From Paracoccaceae bacterium (GTDB lineage Bacteria; Pseudomonadota; Alphaproteobacteria; Rhodobacterales; Rhodobacteraceae), in contig CBDEFR010000009.1 of NCBI GenBank assembly GCA_965237505.1, positions 1,900,776 through 1,964,775 of the forward strand: a stretch of 64,000 nucleotides of DNA, in the 5' to 3' direction. Numbering within the stretch: the first letter of the stretch is position 1; every line of letters starts with the position of its first letter. Shown here one piece after another: positions 9,035 through 20,370 of the stretch. The position numbers and the translations under genes are program-made. The notes below the pieces were generated by a model, which saw nothing but the letters and a program-made list of their open reading frames with translations, searched no databases and was not told the DNA's origin.

Positions 9035-10855
9035 TTATCCTGCGGCGCGGGCGGCGCGTTTGCGCGCGTGCGGATCAAGGTGGCGTTTGCGCAGCCGGAT
9101 CGCGTTTGGCGTCACCTCGACCAGCTCGTCGTCATTGACATAGGCGATGGCCTGTTCCAGTGACATGCGAACGTGCGGCGTCAGGCGCACCGCATCATCG
9201 GTGCCTGAGGCGCGCACATTGGTCAGTTTCTTGCCTTTCAGCGGGTTCACGTCCAGATCATTCTCGCGACTGTGTTCGCCGATGATCATGCCCTGATAGA
9301 CCGCCTCTTGCGCGCCGATGAACATCCGGCCGCGCTCTTCCAAGTTCCACAGCGCATAGGCCACCGAGGTGCCAGCCTGCATAGCGATCAGCACGTCGGC
9401 GCGGCGCCCCGCAATCGGGCCGCGATACGGCGACCATTCGTGAAACACCCGGTTCAGCACACCGGTGCCGCGGGTATCGGTGAGGAATTCGCCGTGATAC
9501 CCGATCAGGCCGCGTGACGGCACATGCGCGATGATCCGCGTTTTGCCCGCGCCGACCGGCTTCATATCGACCATCACACCGCGCCGCGGGCCGGTGATTT
9601 TTTCGATCACCACGTCGGCATAGTCGTCGTCAACGTCAATGGTGACCTCTTCAATGGGTTCCAGCCGCTGGCCGTTTTGCTCGCGAAACAGCACCTGCGG
9701 GCGCGACACCGAAAGCTCGAAGCCCTCGCGCCGCATGGTTTCGATCAGCACGCCCATCTGCAACTCGCCGCGCCCGGCGACCTCAAAGGCGTCGCCGCTG
9801 GCGGTATCGATGACGTGGATCGCGACATTTGATTCGGCCTCGCGCAGCAGCCGCTCGCGGATCACGCGGGTCTGCACCTTTTTGCCGTCACGCCCGGCTA
9901 GCGGGCTGTCGTTGATGCTAAACGTGACCGAGATCGTCGGCGGGTCAATGGCCTGGGCGGGCAGCGGCTCTGTGACCGCCAGGGCGGCAATGGTGTCAGA
10001 CACCGTGGCCTTGCTCATACCGGCAAGTGTGACGATGTCACCGGCAATAGCTTCGTCGATCGGTTGCTGCGTAAGGCCGCGAAAGGCCATGATTTTGGTG
10101 ACCCGGAACTGTTCGATTTTCTGGCCGATGCGCGACAGCGCCTGCACCGTGGCCCCAGTCCGCAGACGCCCGCTTTCCACCCGGCCGGTCAGGATACGGC
10201 CGATGAACTTGTCCGCCCCAAGCGTGGTTGCGAGCATCGCGAATGGTTCGTCCTGATGCGCCAGCTGGCGCGGTTTGGGCACATGGTTGACCACCAGATT
10301 GAACAGCGCCGACAGGTCGCGGCGCGGACCGTTCAGGTCGGCATCCGCCCAGCCAGCCCGGCCCGAGGCATAAAGATGCGGGAACTCCAGCTGATCGTCG
10401 TCAGCCCCCAGATTGGCGAACAGGTCGAACACGTCATCCAATGCGCGGTTTGGCTCGGCGTCGGGCCTGTCGACTTTGTTCAGAACCACGATCGGGCGCA
10501 GCCCCAGGGCCAGCGCCTTGGCGGTCACAAACTTGGTTTGCGGCATCGGACCTTCGGCCGCATCGACCAGCAAAACAACGCCATCGACCATCGAAAGAAT
10601 GCGCTCTACTTCGCCGCCAAAATCAGCGTGCCCGGGGGTGTCGACAATGTTGATCCGGGTGGATTTCCATGTCACCGAGGTCGCCTTGGTCAGAATCGTG
10701 ATGCCGCGCTCGCGCTCCAAGACATTGGAATCCAACGCTCGTTCAGCCACTTTCTGGTTTTCACGAAAGGCCCCGGACTGCTTTAGCAGCTCGTCCACCA
10801 GCGTCGTCTTGCCGTGGTCAACGGGGGCGATTATGGCGATATTGCGCAGGTCCAT
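9035..10855 (-). CDS. typA: Translational GTPase TypA/BipA
   Basis: 606 aa from [31 protein letters not shown]-like domains run throughout. The start was chosen at the conserved MDLRNIAII rather than the upstream ATG of the ORF track. Confidence 0.9.
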   Translation of the reverse strand: MDLRNIAIIAPVDHGKTTLVDELLKQSGAFRENQKVAERALDSNVLERERGITILTKATSVTWKSTRINIVDTPGHADFGGEVERILSMVDGVVLLVDAAEGPMPQTKFVTAKALALGLRPIVVLNKVDRPDAEPNRALDDVFDLFANLGADDDQLEFPHLYASGRAGWADADLNGPRRDLSALFNLVVNHVPKPRQLAHQDEPFAMLATTLGADKFIGRILTGRVESGRLRTGATVQALSRIGQKIEQFRVTKIMAFRGLTQQPIDEAIAGDIVTLAGMSKATVSDTIAALAVTEPLPAQAIDPPTISVTFSINDSPLAGRDGKKVQTRVIRERLLREAESNVAIHVIDTASGDAFEVAGRGELQMGVLIETMRREGFELSVSRPQVLFREQNGQRLEPIEEVTIDVDDDYADVVIEKITGPRRGVMVDMKPVGAGKTRIIAHVPSRGLIGYHGEFLTDTRGTGVLNRVFHEWSPYRGPIAGRRADVLIAMQAGTSVAYALWNLEERGRMFIGAQEAVYQGMIIGEHSRENDLDVNPLKGKKLTNVRASGTDDAVRLTPHVRMSLEQAIAYVNDDELVEVTPNAIRLRKRHLDPHARKRAARAAG

Positions 10856-11016
10856 GCGGATCACTGTTGATGGGGTTGCGCGGGCCCTATACTGCAGGTG
10901 CAGAAATGACCAGAGCGGACCGGAATGTTCGCGTGGATTTAATCGGCCAGAGCCGAGGGCAAGGCTTGCTCCCAAAGCAAGATTTGCTGCGTCAGATCAT
11001 TGCGCCTAAGGGATAA

Positions 11017-12177
11017 TACCAACGGCATCAATTTCTGACTCTGTGGGGATTCCCAAATCGGTTTTGATCTGATTCAAGGTTGGCAAAGGAGGATCGCCAT
11101 GCCAGCCAGTGTTCCGCTTCGTCGCGACTTTGATGCCCGCCACCTTCGTAAACTCGCCAGCCGTTGCAAGGATGCCCGGCAGAGCCGCCGTCTGTTGTCT
11201 CTTGCGGCGGTCTACGATGGCATGAGCCGTGGAGAGGCCGCAAGGATCGGTGGGATGGATCGCCAAACCCTGCGGGACTGGGTTCACCGGTTCAACGAAG
11301 AGGGACCGGATGGCCTCACCAACCGCAAGGGCGCGGGCCGGACGCGCTACCTGAGCGATGTCCAGATGAAAGAACTTGGCGAGATTGTCGAGACCGGCCC
11401 CGATCCGGCGGTGGACGGGGTTGTCCGCTGGCGGCGGATCGACCTGAAGCGGGTGATCGAGGCGCGCTTTGGCGTCATCTATTCCGAGCGCGGGATATCC
11501 AGACTGCTTGGCGAACTGGGCTTTGCCCATATCAGCGCCCGCCCGCAGCATCCCAGGCAGGATAAGCGGATCATCGAGGCGTTTAAAAAAACTTCACCGA
11601 CACGCTCCAGGTGCATATAGCTGACCTGCCAGCGGGAACGCCGGTGGAGATCTGGTTCCAGGACGAAGCACGCCTTGGCCAGAAGAATGGCCTGACGCGC
11701 CTGTGGGCGAGAAAGGGCACGCGCCCCCGCCAGCCGGCCGATCAGCGCTATCGCAACGCCTATCTGTTCGGCGCCATCTGTCCGGCTCACGGCAAGGGGG
11801 CGGCGCTCATGCTGCCTTGGGCGGACGCGCAAGCCATGCAGATGCATCTCGACGAGATCAGCCGCCACGTCGCCCGAAAGGCCCATGCGGTTGTGCTGAT
11901 GGATCGGGCCGGATGGCACACCACCGGCAAACTCAAAGTCCCGAAGAACCTCACCATCATCCTGCTGCCATCGCGCGCTCCGGAACTGAACCCGGTGGAA
12001 AATATCTGGCAGTACTTGCGCGCCAATTGGCTCTCCAACCGCGTGTTCGAAGACTACAATGCCATCGTCGATGCTGGATGCGAAGCTTGGAACAAGCTCA
12101 TCGCACAGCCCGAAACCATCACATCAATCGGAATGCGAAAATGGGCCCATATCGGTCAATGTTAAATGCCGCTGGTA
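11017..12177 (+). mobile_element. IS630-family element, copy 2 (1161 bp)
   Basis: The IRs are CCAACGGCA (11019-11027) and TGCCGCTGG (12167-12175). TA lies at both ends (11017-11018, 12176-12177). The protein is clearly diverged from copy 1. Confidence 0.85.
11099..12165 (+). CDS. IS630 transposase, apparently intact, needing a -1 frameshift on an A7 run
   Basis: Frame A (11099-11620) ends soon after the TTT AAA AAA ACT site (A7 at 11585-11591). The -1 frame continues NFTDTLQVHIADLPAGTPVEIWFQDEARLGQKN...DRAGWH...ELNPVENIW to 12165 without stops. Confidence 0.75.
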
Positions 12178-12730
12178 TAATCCGGGTGTATTTGGTGCCC
12201 TCGATGGACGCACCTGCGATCAGGCCGGCCTGCCCGAACACCACCGCGATCACCGGTGACAGGATCGTCGTGGTGTCGGCCGAAATGGTTTCGCCGCGCT
12301 CGTTGATCGCGTATTTCAGTTCCGCCCCTGCGGCCCAACCCGGCGAATTCCGGAAATCTGCCAGTGCGTCCTCGGTCATGAAGAACAGGGCGTGCGCAAA
12401 CTGCTGTGCACCGGCCTGAAAACCAAAGCTCGCCTGCGCGGCCAGGTAGTAGTCGACCGACACGTCGCCGACCCGCAGCACGCCGCGCCCGATTGAAGCG
12501 CCAAATCCAAAGCTCGCCTCGGTCACCAGCGGCATGATCAACACGCCGACGGCATTGTCAGCCAGATCCTGGGTGCCGGGAAATGTGTTATACAGAAAAT
12601 TCAGCGATGTATCAGCGCGCGCGTCAATGACCTGTGCACCAGTGCCGCCCAGGCCGTTGTCACAGCCAGCGAGCGCAAACGTTGCGATTGCGGCGCCTGC
12701 GATCATCGATCGCCGGGATAGTATGTTCAT
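12119..12730 (-). CDS. SYLF (Ysc84-like) domain lipoprotein, with the 3' end altered by IS630 copy 2
   Basis: The signal and lipobox are MNILSRRSMIAGAAIATFALAGC. The last 19 codons and the stop (12119-12177) are IS-derived sequence. Confidence 0.6.
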   Translation of the reverse strand: MNILSRRSMIAGAAIATFALAGCDNGLGGTGAQVIDARADTSLNFLYNTFPGTQDLADNAVGVLIMPLVTEASFGFGASIGRGVLRVGDVSVDYYLAAQASFGFQAGAQQFAHALFFMTEDALADFRNSPGWAAGAELKYAINERGETISADTTTILSPVIAVVFGQAGLIAGASIEGTKYTRIIPAAFNIDRYGPIFAFRLM

Positions 12731-12852
12731 GGGTTTGCCCTTGTCTGCCGGTTGCCTATGTGCCCGCCTTATATGGCGGATCACTACAAGCTATAGTGTA
12801 CCGCACCACGACTGTCATCAACTAGTGTGGCATCGGCGCAAATTTGCGCCGA

Positions 12853-14500
<1,648 letters not shown>

Positions 14501-14532
14501 CACCGCGGCTGTCAGCTTTACCTGAGCGGTCC

Positions 14533-17500
14533 ATGTCAGAGCCTGGTCACATAATTGTTGGTGGTGCCCCCGAGGGCTATGACGCGCAACTTTTGCTGCA
14601 AGAGATGGAACGTTCCGCGCGTCCGGTGCTAAGCATTCTGCGCGATGACAAGCGGCTTGAGGCGATGCGTGCCGCGCTGGCATTTTTTGCCCCCGAACTG
14701 CCGGTGATGTCATTTCCGGCCTGGGATTGCCTGCCCTATGACCGGGTGTCGCCAAACGCCGATGTCTCGGCCACCCGGATGGCGACGCTGGCGGCACTTT
14801 GCCGCGTGGTGCCTAAGCAATTTATCCTGCTGACCACGCTAAATGCGGTGACTCAGCGCATCCCGGCGCGCGCCGTGCTGAAAGATGCAGCATTTAGCGC
14901 GACCGTGGGCCAGCAGCTGGATGAGAGTGCGCTGCGATCATTTCTGGTGCGGATGGGGTTTACCCAGACCCCGACGGTGCTCGAGGCTGGTGATTACGCG
15001 ATCCGGGGCGGTATAACCGACATCTATCCGCCCGGCCAGCCCGGTCCGGTGCGGCTGGACCTGTTTGGCGATGTGCTGGATGGCGCGCGCCGGTTTGACC
15101 CGGCCACCCAGCGCACGGTGGAAAAACTGCCGGCGATTGAGCTGGCGCCGGTGTCCGAGATTGTTCTGGATGAGGCCGCGATCACCCGGTTTCGGCAAAA
15201 CTACCGCGCCGAGTTTGGCGCCGCCGGCAGCGATGATCCGCTTTATGAAGCGGTCAGCGCGGGCCGCACGCATCAAGGGATCGAGCACTGGCTGCCGTTC
15301 TTTGACGAAGATCTTGAGACGATTTTCGACTATTTGCCGGACGCAAGCATCTGTCTGGATGATCAGTTCAACGCGGCGCGGCTGGCCAGATGGGACAGTG
15401 TCAAGGACCAGTACGACACCAGGCGGCACGCTCTGGAGCAGAAATCCCGCATCGATTCGGTCTATAAACCTTGCCCGCCCGAACTGCTGTATCTTGATGA
15501 TGCGGCCTGGAACGACGTCGTTGCAGCGCGGCGGGTGCTGAATTTCAGCGCCCTGCCGCAGGCGACCGGCGCCGACGTGATTGATCACGGCGGTCGCATC
15601 GGGCGCAATTTTTCGCCCGAGCGTCAACTGGAATCGGTAAATCTTTTCAGCACCTTGAAGGACCACATTGAAGCGCGGCGCGCGGACGGGCAGGTGGTGA
15701 TCGCCAGCTATTCGCAAGGTTCACGCGAGCGGCTGCAGGGTTTGTTGCAAGATCAGGGATTGGCTGGCGCGTCACTGGTTCAGGATTTTCGCGATATTCC
15801 GCAAGGTGAAGGCGGGGTCTGGCTGGTGGTCTGGGCGCTGGCGCACGGATTTGTTGGCCAGGGTCTGACGGTCATCTCGGAACAGGATGTTCTGGGCGAC
15901 CGGCTGATCCGCGCCCCGTGCAGAAAACGCCGGGCCGAGAATTTTCTGACCGAGGCGCAGAGCCTGAGCCCCGGTGATCTGGTGGTTCACCTCGATCACG
16001 GGATCGGGCTTTATCGCGGGCTCGAGGTGGTCACAGCACTTGGCGCGGCACATGAATGTCTGGCGTTGGAATACGCCGGAGGCGACCGGTTGTTCCTGCC
16101 GGTGGAAAACATCGAACTGCTCAGCCGCTATGGCCATGAAGAGGGGCTGCTCGACCGGCTTGGCGGCAGCGCCTGGCAGGCCAAGAAATCCCGCCTCAAG
16201 GCGCGTATCCTGGAAATGGCAGACCGGCTGATCCACCTGGCGGCAGAACGGGTGCTGCGTAGCGCGCCGATCATGGAGCCGCCGCCCGGCATGTGGCAGG
16301 CGTTTGCAGCGCGTTTTCCGTATCAGGAAACCGACGATCAGGCGCGCGCCGTCGCCGATGTGCTGCGCGACTTGGCCGCAGGCCGCCCGATGGACCGGCT
16401 GGTGTGCGGTGACGTCGGCTTTGGCAAGACCGAGGTGGCGATGCGCGCCGCGTTCACCGCTGCCATGTCCGGTGCGCAGGTCGCTGTGGTGGCACCCACA
16501 ACGCTGCTGTCGCGCCAGCATTACAACACTTTCGCCGAGCGGTTTCGCGGCTTTCCGATCGAGGTGCGGCAACTGTCACGGTTTGTCAGCGCCAAAGACG
16601 CCGCACTGACCCGCGAGAGGCTGGCGAACGGCACCGTCGATATTGTCATCGGCACGCATGCGCTGCTGGCGCCTGGCATACGTTTCAAAAACCTCGGACT
16701 GCTGGTGATTGACGAAGAACAGCAATTCGGCGTCACCCACAAGGAACGGCTCAAGCATCTGCGCTCTGACGTGCATGTGCTGACTCTGACCGCCACCCCG
16801 ATCCCGCGCACCCTGCAACTGTCGCTGACCGGGGTGCGGGACTTGTCGATCATTGCCACGCCGCCGGTCGACCGGCTGTCGATTCGCACGTTTGTCAGCG
16901 AATTTGACGCCATCACCACGCGCCAAGCACTGCTGCGCGAACATTATCGCGGCGGCCAGGCGTTTTACGTGGTGCCGCGAATATCCGATCTGCCGGGGAT
17001 CGAGGAATTTCTGCGCAAACAGGTGCCGGAGGTGTCATTTGTGGTGGCGCACGGACAGATGGCGGCAGGCCAGCTCGACGACCGGATGAACGCGTTTTAC
17101 GATGGCCAGTATGATGTGCTGTTGGCCACCACGATCGTCGGGTCGGGCCTGGATATTCCGACCGCCAACACTATGGTCGTGCACCGCGCAGACATGTTCG
17201 GCCTGGCCCAGCTTTACCAGATCAGGGGCCGGGTCGGACGTTCCAAGACCCGCGCCTATGCCTACCTGACCACCAAACCGCGCAAACCTCTGACCGCAAG
17301 TGCCGAAAAGCGGCTGCGGGTGCTGGGCTCGCTTGACTCGCTTGGCGCCGGGTTCTCGCTGGCCAGCCAGGATCTGGATATTCGCGGTGCCGGGAATTTG
17401 CTGGGACAAGAGCAATCGGGCCAGGTCCGCGAGGTCGGCTATGAGCTTTACCAGTCGATGCTGGAAGAAGCGATTGCCAAGATCAAGGCCGGAGAATTGG

Positions 17501-17973
17501 AAGGGTTGAGCGATGCCGATGAACAATGGGCGCCGACGATTAATCTGGGGGTTCCGGTGCTGATACCGGCGGCTTTCGTGCCCGATCTGGATGTCCGCCT
17601 CGGGCTTTACCGCCGCCTCTCTAGCCTGCACAGCAAGGTCGAACTGGAAGGCTTCGCGGCCGAGCTGATCGACCGGTTCGGCAAACTGCCGCGCGAGGTC
17701 AACACGCTGTTGCTGGTGGTGCGCATCAAGGGCGAATGCAAAAAGGCCGGCATCGCGCGGCTTGACGGCGGGCCGCGCGGCGCAACGATCCAGTTTTACC
17801 GCGACAAATACGCCAACCCCGCCGGGCTGGTGGATTTCATCCACGACCAGCGCGGGCTGGCGCGTGTGAAGAACAACAAGATCATCGTGCGCCGCGACTG
17901 GAAGCGCGACAGCGACCGCATCAAAGGCGCATTCGCCATCGCCCGCGATCTGGCGGTTAAGGCACGCGCCTAA
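14533..17973 (+). CDS. mfd: Transcription-repair coupling factor
   Basis: 1146 aa. Helicase motifs are present (LVCGDVGFGKTEVA, DEEQQFGV) and the TRG region is typical. Confidence 0.95.
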   Translation: MSEPGHIIVGGAPEGYDAQLLLQEMERSARPVLSILRDDKRLEAMRAALAFFAPELPVMSFPAWDCLPYDRVSPNADVSATRMATLAALCRVVPKQFILLTTLNAVTQRIPARAVLKDAAFSATVGQQLDESALRSFLVRMGFTQTPTVLEAGDYAIRGGITDIYPPGQPGPVRLDLFGDVLDGARRFDPATQRTVEKLPAIELAPVSEIVLDEAAITRFRQNYRAEFGAAGSDDPLYEAVSAGRTHQGIEHWLPFFDEDLETIFDYLPDASICLDDQFNAARLARWDSVKDQYDTRRHALEQKSRIDSVYKPCPPELLYLDDAAWNDVVAARRVLNFSALPQATGADVIDHGGRIGRNFSPERQLESVNLFSTLKDHIEARRADGQVVIASYSQGSRERLQGLLQDQGLAGASLVQDFRDIPQGEGGVWLVVWALAHGFVGQGLTVISEQDVLGDRLIRAPCRKRRAENFLTEAQSLSPGDLVVHLDHGIGLYRGLEVVTALGAAHECLALEYAGGDRLFLPVENIELLSRYGHEEGLLDRLGGSAWQAKKSRLKARILEMADRLIHLAAERVLRSAPIMEPPPGMWQAFAARFPYQETDDQARAVADVLRDLAAGRPMDRLVCGDVGFGKTEVAMRAAFTAAMSGAQVAVVAPTTLLSRQHYNTFAERFRGFPIEVRQLSRFVSAKDAALTRERLANGTVDIVIGTHALLAPGIRFKNLGLLVIDEEQQFGVTHKERLKHLRSDVHVLTLTATPIPRTLQLSLTGVRDLSIIATPPVDRLSIRTFVSEFDAITTRQALLREHYRGGQAFYVVPRISDLPGIEEFLRKQVPEVSFVVAHGQMAAGQLDDRMNAFYDGQYDVLLATTIVGSGLDIPTANTMVVHRADMFGLAQLYQIRGRVGRSKTRAYAYLTTKPRKPLTASAEKRLRVLGSLDSLGAGFSLASQDLDIRGAGNLLGQEQSGQVREVGYELYQSMLEEAIAKIKAGELEGLSDADEQWAPTINLGVPVLIPAAFVPDLDVRLGLYRRLSSLHSKVELEGFAAELIDRFGKLPREVNTLLLVVRIKGECKKAGIARLDGGPRGATIQFYRDKYANPAGLVDFIHDQRGLARVKNNKIIVRRDWKRDSDRIKGAFAIARDLAVKARA

Positions 17974-19216
17974 CGCGCCGCGTCCGTCTCGGCCTCGGGC
18001 GCTCGCATCGAAAACCGCCACAGCAACAAACACGCCAGTCCGGCCAGCACTGCAACGCCGCTCACCAGCGGCACCGGGGTGCCGTCAAACGCCAGCCCAA
18101 GCGGGCCACCGATGAACACCGCCAGCACCGTTGAGATCGCCGATATCATCGACGCGCCCATGCCGGCGATGTGGCCAAGCGGCTGCAGCGCCAGCGCAAT
18201 CAGGTTGCCGAATGTCATACCGATCATGAAAAACACCGCCGTGGTCCAGAAAAACCAGACCGGAAACATTTCCGCCCAACTGAATGCGCCGGACAGAAAC
18301 ACCAGCGCGACGGCGACAGAAACCGCGCTTTGCACGGCGAACGCCAGCACCACCAGGCGGCGAACGCCAGCACCACCAGGCGGCGCATGCCAAACCGCAT
18401 CACCAGCACCGCGTTCAGCAATGTTCCCGCCATCGCCATCAGTGCGGTCAGTGCAAACCAAAATGGAAAACTGTCGGCCTTATCAAAGGTTTGTGCGTAG
18501 ACCTGCTGGGTCGAGGACAGAATCGCCACAAGCACTGAAAACCCGAGCGTCATGGCCATCGTGTAGATCATAACCATGCGATTGCTGACGACCTGCAGAA
18601 AGCCAGACCTAAGCGGTGTCCACTTCAGCGGACGACCGTCCGGCAGGGCCAGGGTTTCGTCCTGACGCAGGCTGATCCACAGTCCACCGGCGGCGGCAAA
18701 CAGCGCAAATGCGATGAAAATGGCGCGCCAGTTCCACAAATCGATGATCACCGCGCCGATCGCCGGTGACATCGCCGGCACCAGCATGAACACCATCGTC
18801 ACAAATGACATTATCCGGGCCATTCTGCGACCCTCGAACAGGTCCCGGATCATCGCCAGTGGCGCGATTCGCGGCCCCGCCGCGCCGATACCCTGCAGGA
18901 CGCGGGCGCCAAGAACCAATTCCAGCGATTGCGCAAAATAGGCCAGCCCGGCGCCCAGGATAAACAGCGCGATGCCACCGTTCACCACACTCTTGCGCCC
19001 GAATGCATCGGCCATCGTACCCGCGAAAAAAGTTCCCAGACCCATACCCAGCATGAACGCGCCAACGATCATCTGGGCGCGGTTTGCGGCATCCGGTGAC
19101 AGCTCTGCGGCGATCTGCGGCAGAGTCGGCAACATCGCATCGGTCGCAAACGCAACCAGCGACGCCAAGATCGCCATCAGCGCCACGAATTCCACGATCG
19201 GCAAGCGGCGCGCCAT
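17970..19216 (-). pseudogene. MFS drug-efflux transporter (Bcr/CflA-like) frameshifted by a 23-bp tandem duplication
   Basis: The N-terminal ORF (18224-19216) and C-terminal ORF (17970-18461) both read ..RRLVVLAFA.. at the junction. Removing one 23-bp unit restores a single ~407-aa 12-TM ORF. Confidence 0.85.
18336..18381. repeat. Perfect 2 x 23-bp tandem duplication (GGCGAACGCCAGCACCACCAGGC)
   Basis: Direct reading: 18336-18358 equals 18359-18381, and the next 4 nt continue the unit. Confidence 0.95.
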
Positions 19217-19854
19217 CAGGCGTCGTTCTGCTCTTCAAAATAATCTCGGATCACCTCGGCCCACAGCTCTGGCGGCTGCGCCCCCGACACCACCGCCTGA
19301 TTGGCAACGATGAAGGTCGGAACCCCGGTCACGCCCATTTCGCGCGCTTGCGCGTCGCGCGAGCGGATCTCTTGCATGTCGCCGTCACCGTCCAGCAGTT
19401 GCCGGGTCATCTTGGCGTCCATGCCGCAATGGTCGGCCAAGTCGCACAACACATCCGCATCACCGATATCGCGGCCGTCCTTGAAATAGGCCCGAAACAG
19501 CGCCGCCACCACCGCGGTTTGCCGTCCCTCGATCCCGGCCCAATGGATCAGACGGTGGGCATCAAGCGTGTTAGGCGTCTTGGTAATACCCTGCCAATTG
19601 ATATCGAGCCCGGCCACCTTGGCGGCCTCGTCAATCCGCGCATAAACCTCGATGGCCCTTCTGGCTGCCGAATTTGTTCTCCAGATAGCTGCGCCGATCA
19701 ACCCCGCCCGCAGGCATATTGGGGTTGAGCTGGAACGGATGCCATTCTATCGCAAACGGGTGATCGCCGTGCACTTCCAGCGCCCGGTCCAGATTGGCCT
19801 TGCCGATGTAGCACCACGGCAGATCGGATCGGACAGGATGTCAAGTTTGATCAT
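19216..19854 (-). pseudogene. DsbA-family (FrnE-like) thiol oxidoreductase with two frameshifts
   Basis: The ATG frame gives MIKLDILSDPIC and then stops. The +1 frame gives PWCYIGKANLDRALEVHGDHPFAIEWHPFQLNPNMPAGGVDRRSYLENKFGSQK. The original frame resumes with AIEVYARIDEAAKVAGL...GVPTFIV to 19216. Confidence 0.8.
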
Positions 19855-19922
19855 CAAAGGCTCCAGATTGCCCAGCTATCTAGGCGCGGATTGCCGTCAA
19901 TTGCCAGCCCAATCCAAATAAT

Positions 19923-19999
19923 GCGCTGCCTGGGGATATTGCCCAAGGCAGCAGCAATTATTTATCTTCTTTGTAAAAAATATTCCCCCCGGAGGGAAC
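19923..19999. repeat. Degenerate forward copy plus good reverse copy of the dispersed GGATATTTT..AAAGAAGA repeat
   Basis: 19964-19999 reverse-complemented reads GTTCCCTCCGGGGGGAATATTTTTTACAAAGAAGAT. 19923-19955 is a weaker forward copy. Confidence 0.55.
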
Positions 20000-20021
20000 C
20001 CATCCTGCCAAGGATGCAAGA

Positions 20022-20050
20022 CAAAAAAAATCGTCGCGCCCACGGCGCGT
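20022..20050 (-). terminator. Rho-independent terminator (minus strand)
   Basis: On the - strand, a GACGCGCC-GTG-GGCGCGAC hairpin is followed by TTTTTTTT, immediately after the MIP-remnant stop. Confidence 0.7.
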
Positions 20051-20241
20051 CATTTAAAAAGCCGCGCCGCAGCGAGAGTGGTGATCAGCGCATAAAGCAC
20101 ACAGCCGGTCGCGGCCGCGTTGGTCAGAAGCGTAACGCCAATATTGTCTGGCGACAGGGTCTCGGCCATGATGCCGGACCCGACAACGCCGATCAAAACA
20201 ACGCCGGTGCCGATCTACTCGGCCAGCAAATGAATGGTCAT
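20050..20241 (-). pseudogene. N-terminal remnant of a MIP-family (aquaporin/aquaglyceroporin-like) channel
   Basis: MTIHLLAE*IGTGVVLIGVVGSGIMAETLSPDNIGVTLLTNAAATGCVLYALITTL. There is an in-frame TAG at 20215-20217. The ORF ends before the first NPA motif. Confidence 0.6.
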
Positions 20242-20256
20242 GTTAGGGACGTTGCC

Positions 20257-20370
20257 CTAAAACGCGTCTTTAATGGCCTGGGCTCCGGCAGAGATATCCC
20301 GGCCCGCGCCTTCGAACGTTTCGCACGCCGAAAGCGCCAGAAACGCTAGTATTATTGCTGCTCTTATCAT
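20257..20370 (-). CDS. Entericidin EcnA/B-family small lipoprotein (37 aa)
   Basis: MIRAAIILAFLALSAC-ETFEGAGRDISAGAQAIKDAF has a lipobox and an entericidin-like mature peptide. Its ATG overlaps the upstream TGA (ATGA). Confidence 0.65.
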   Translation of the reverse strand: MIRAAIILAFLALSACETFEGAGRDISAGAQAIKDAF

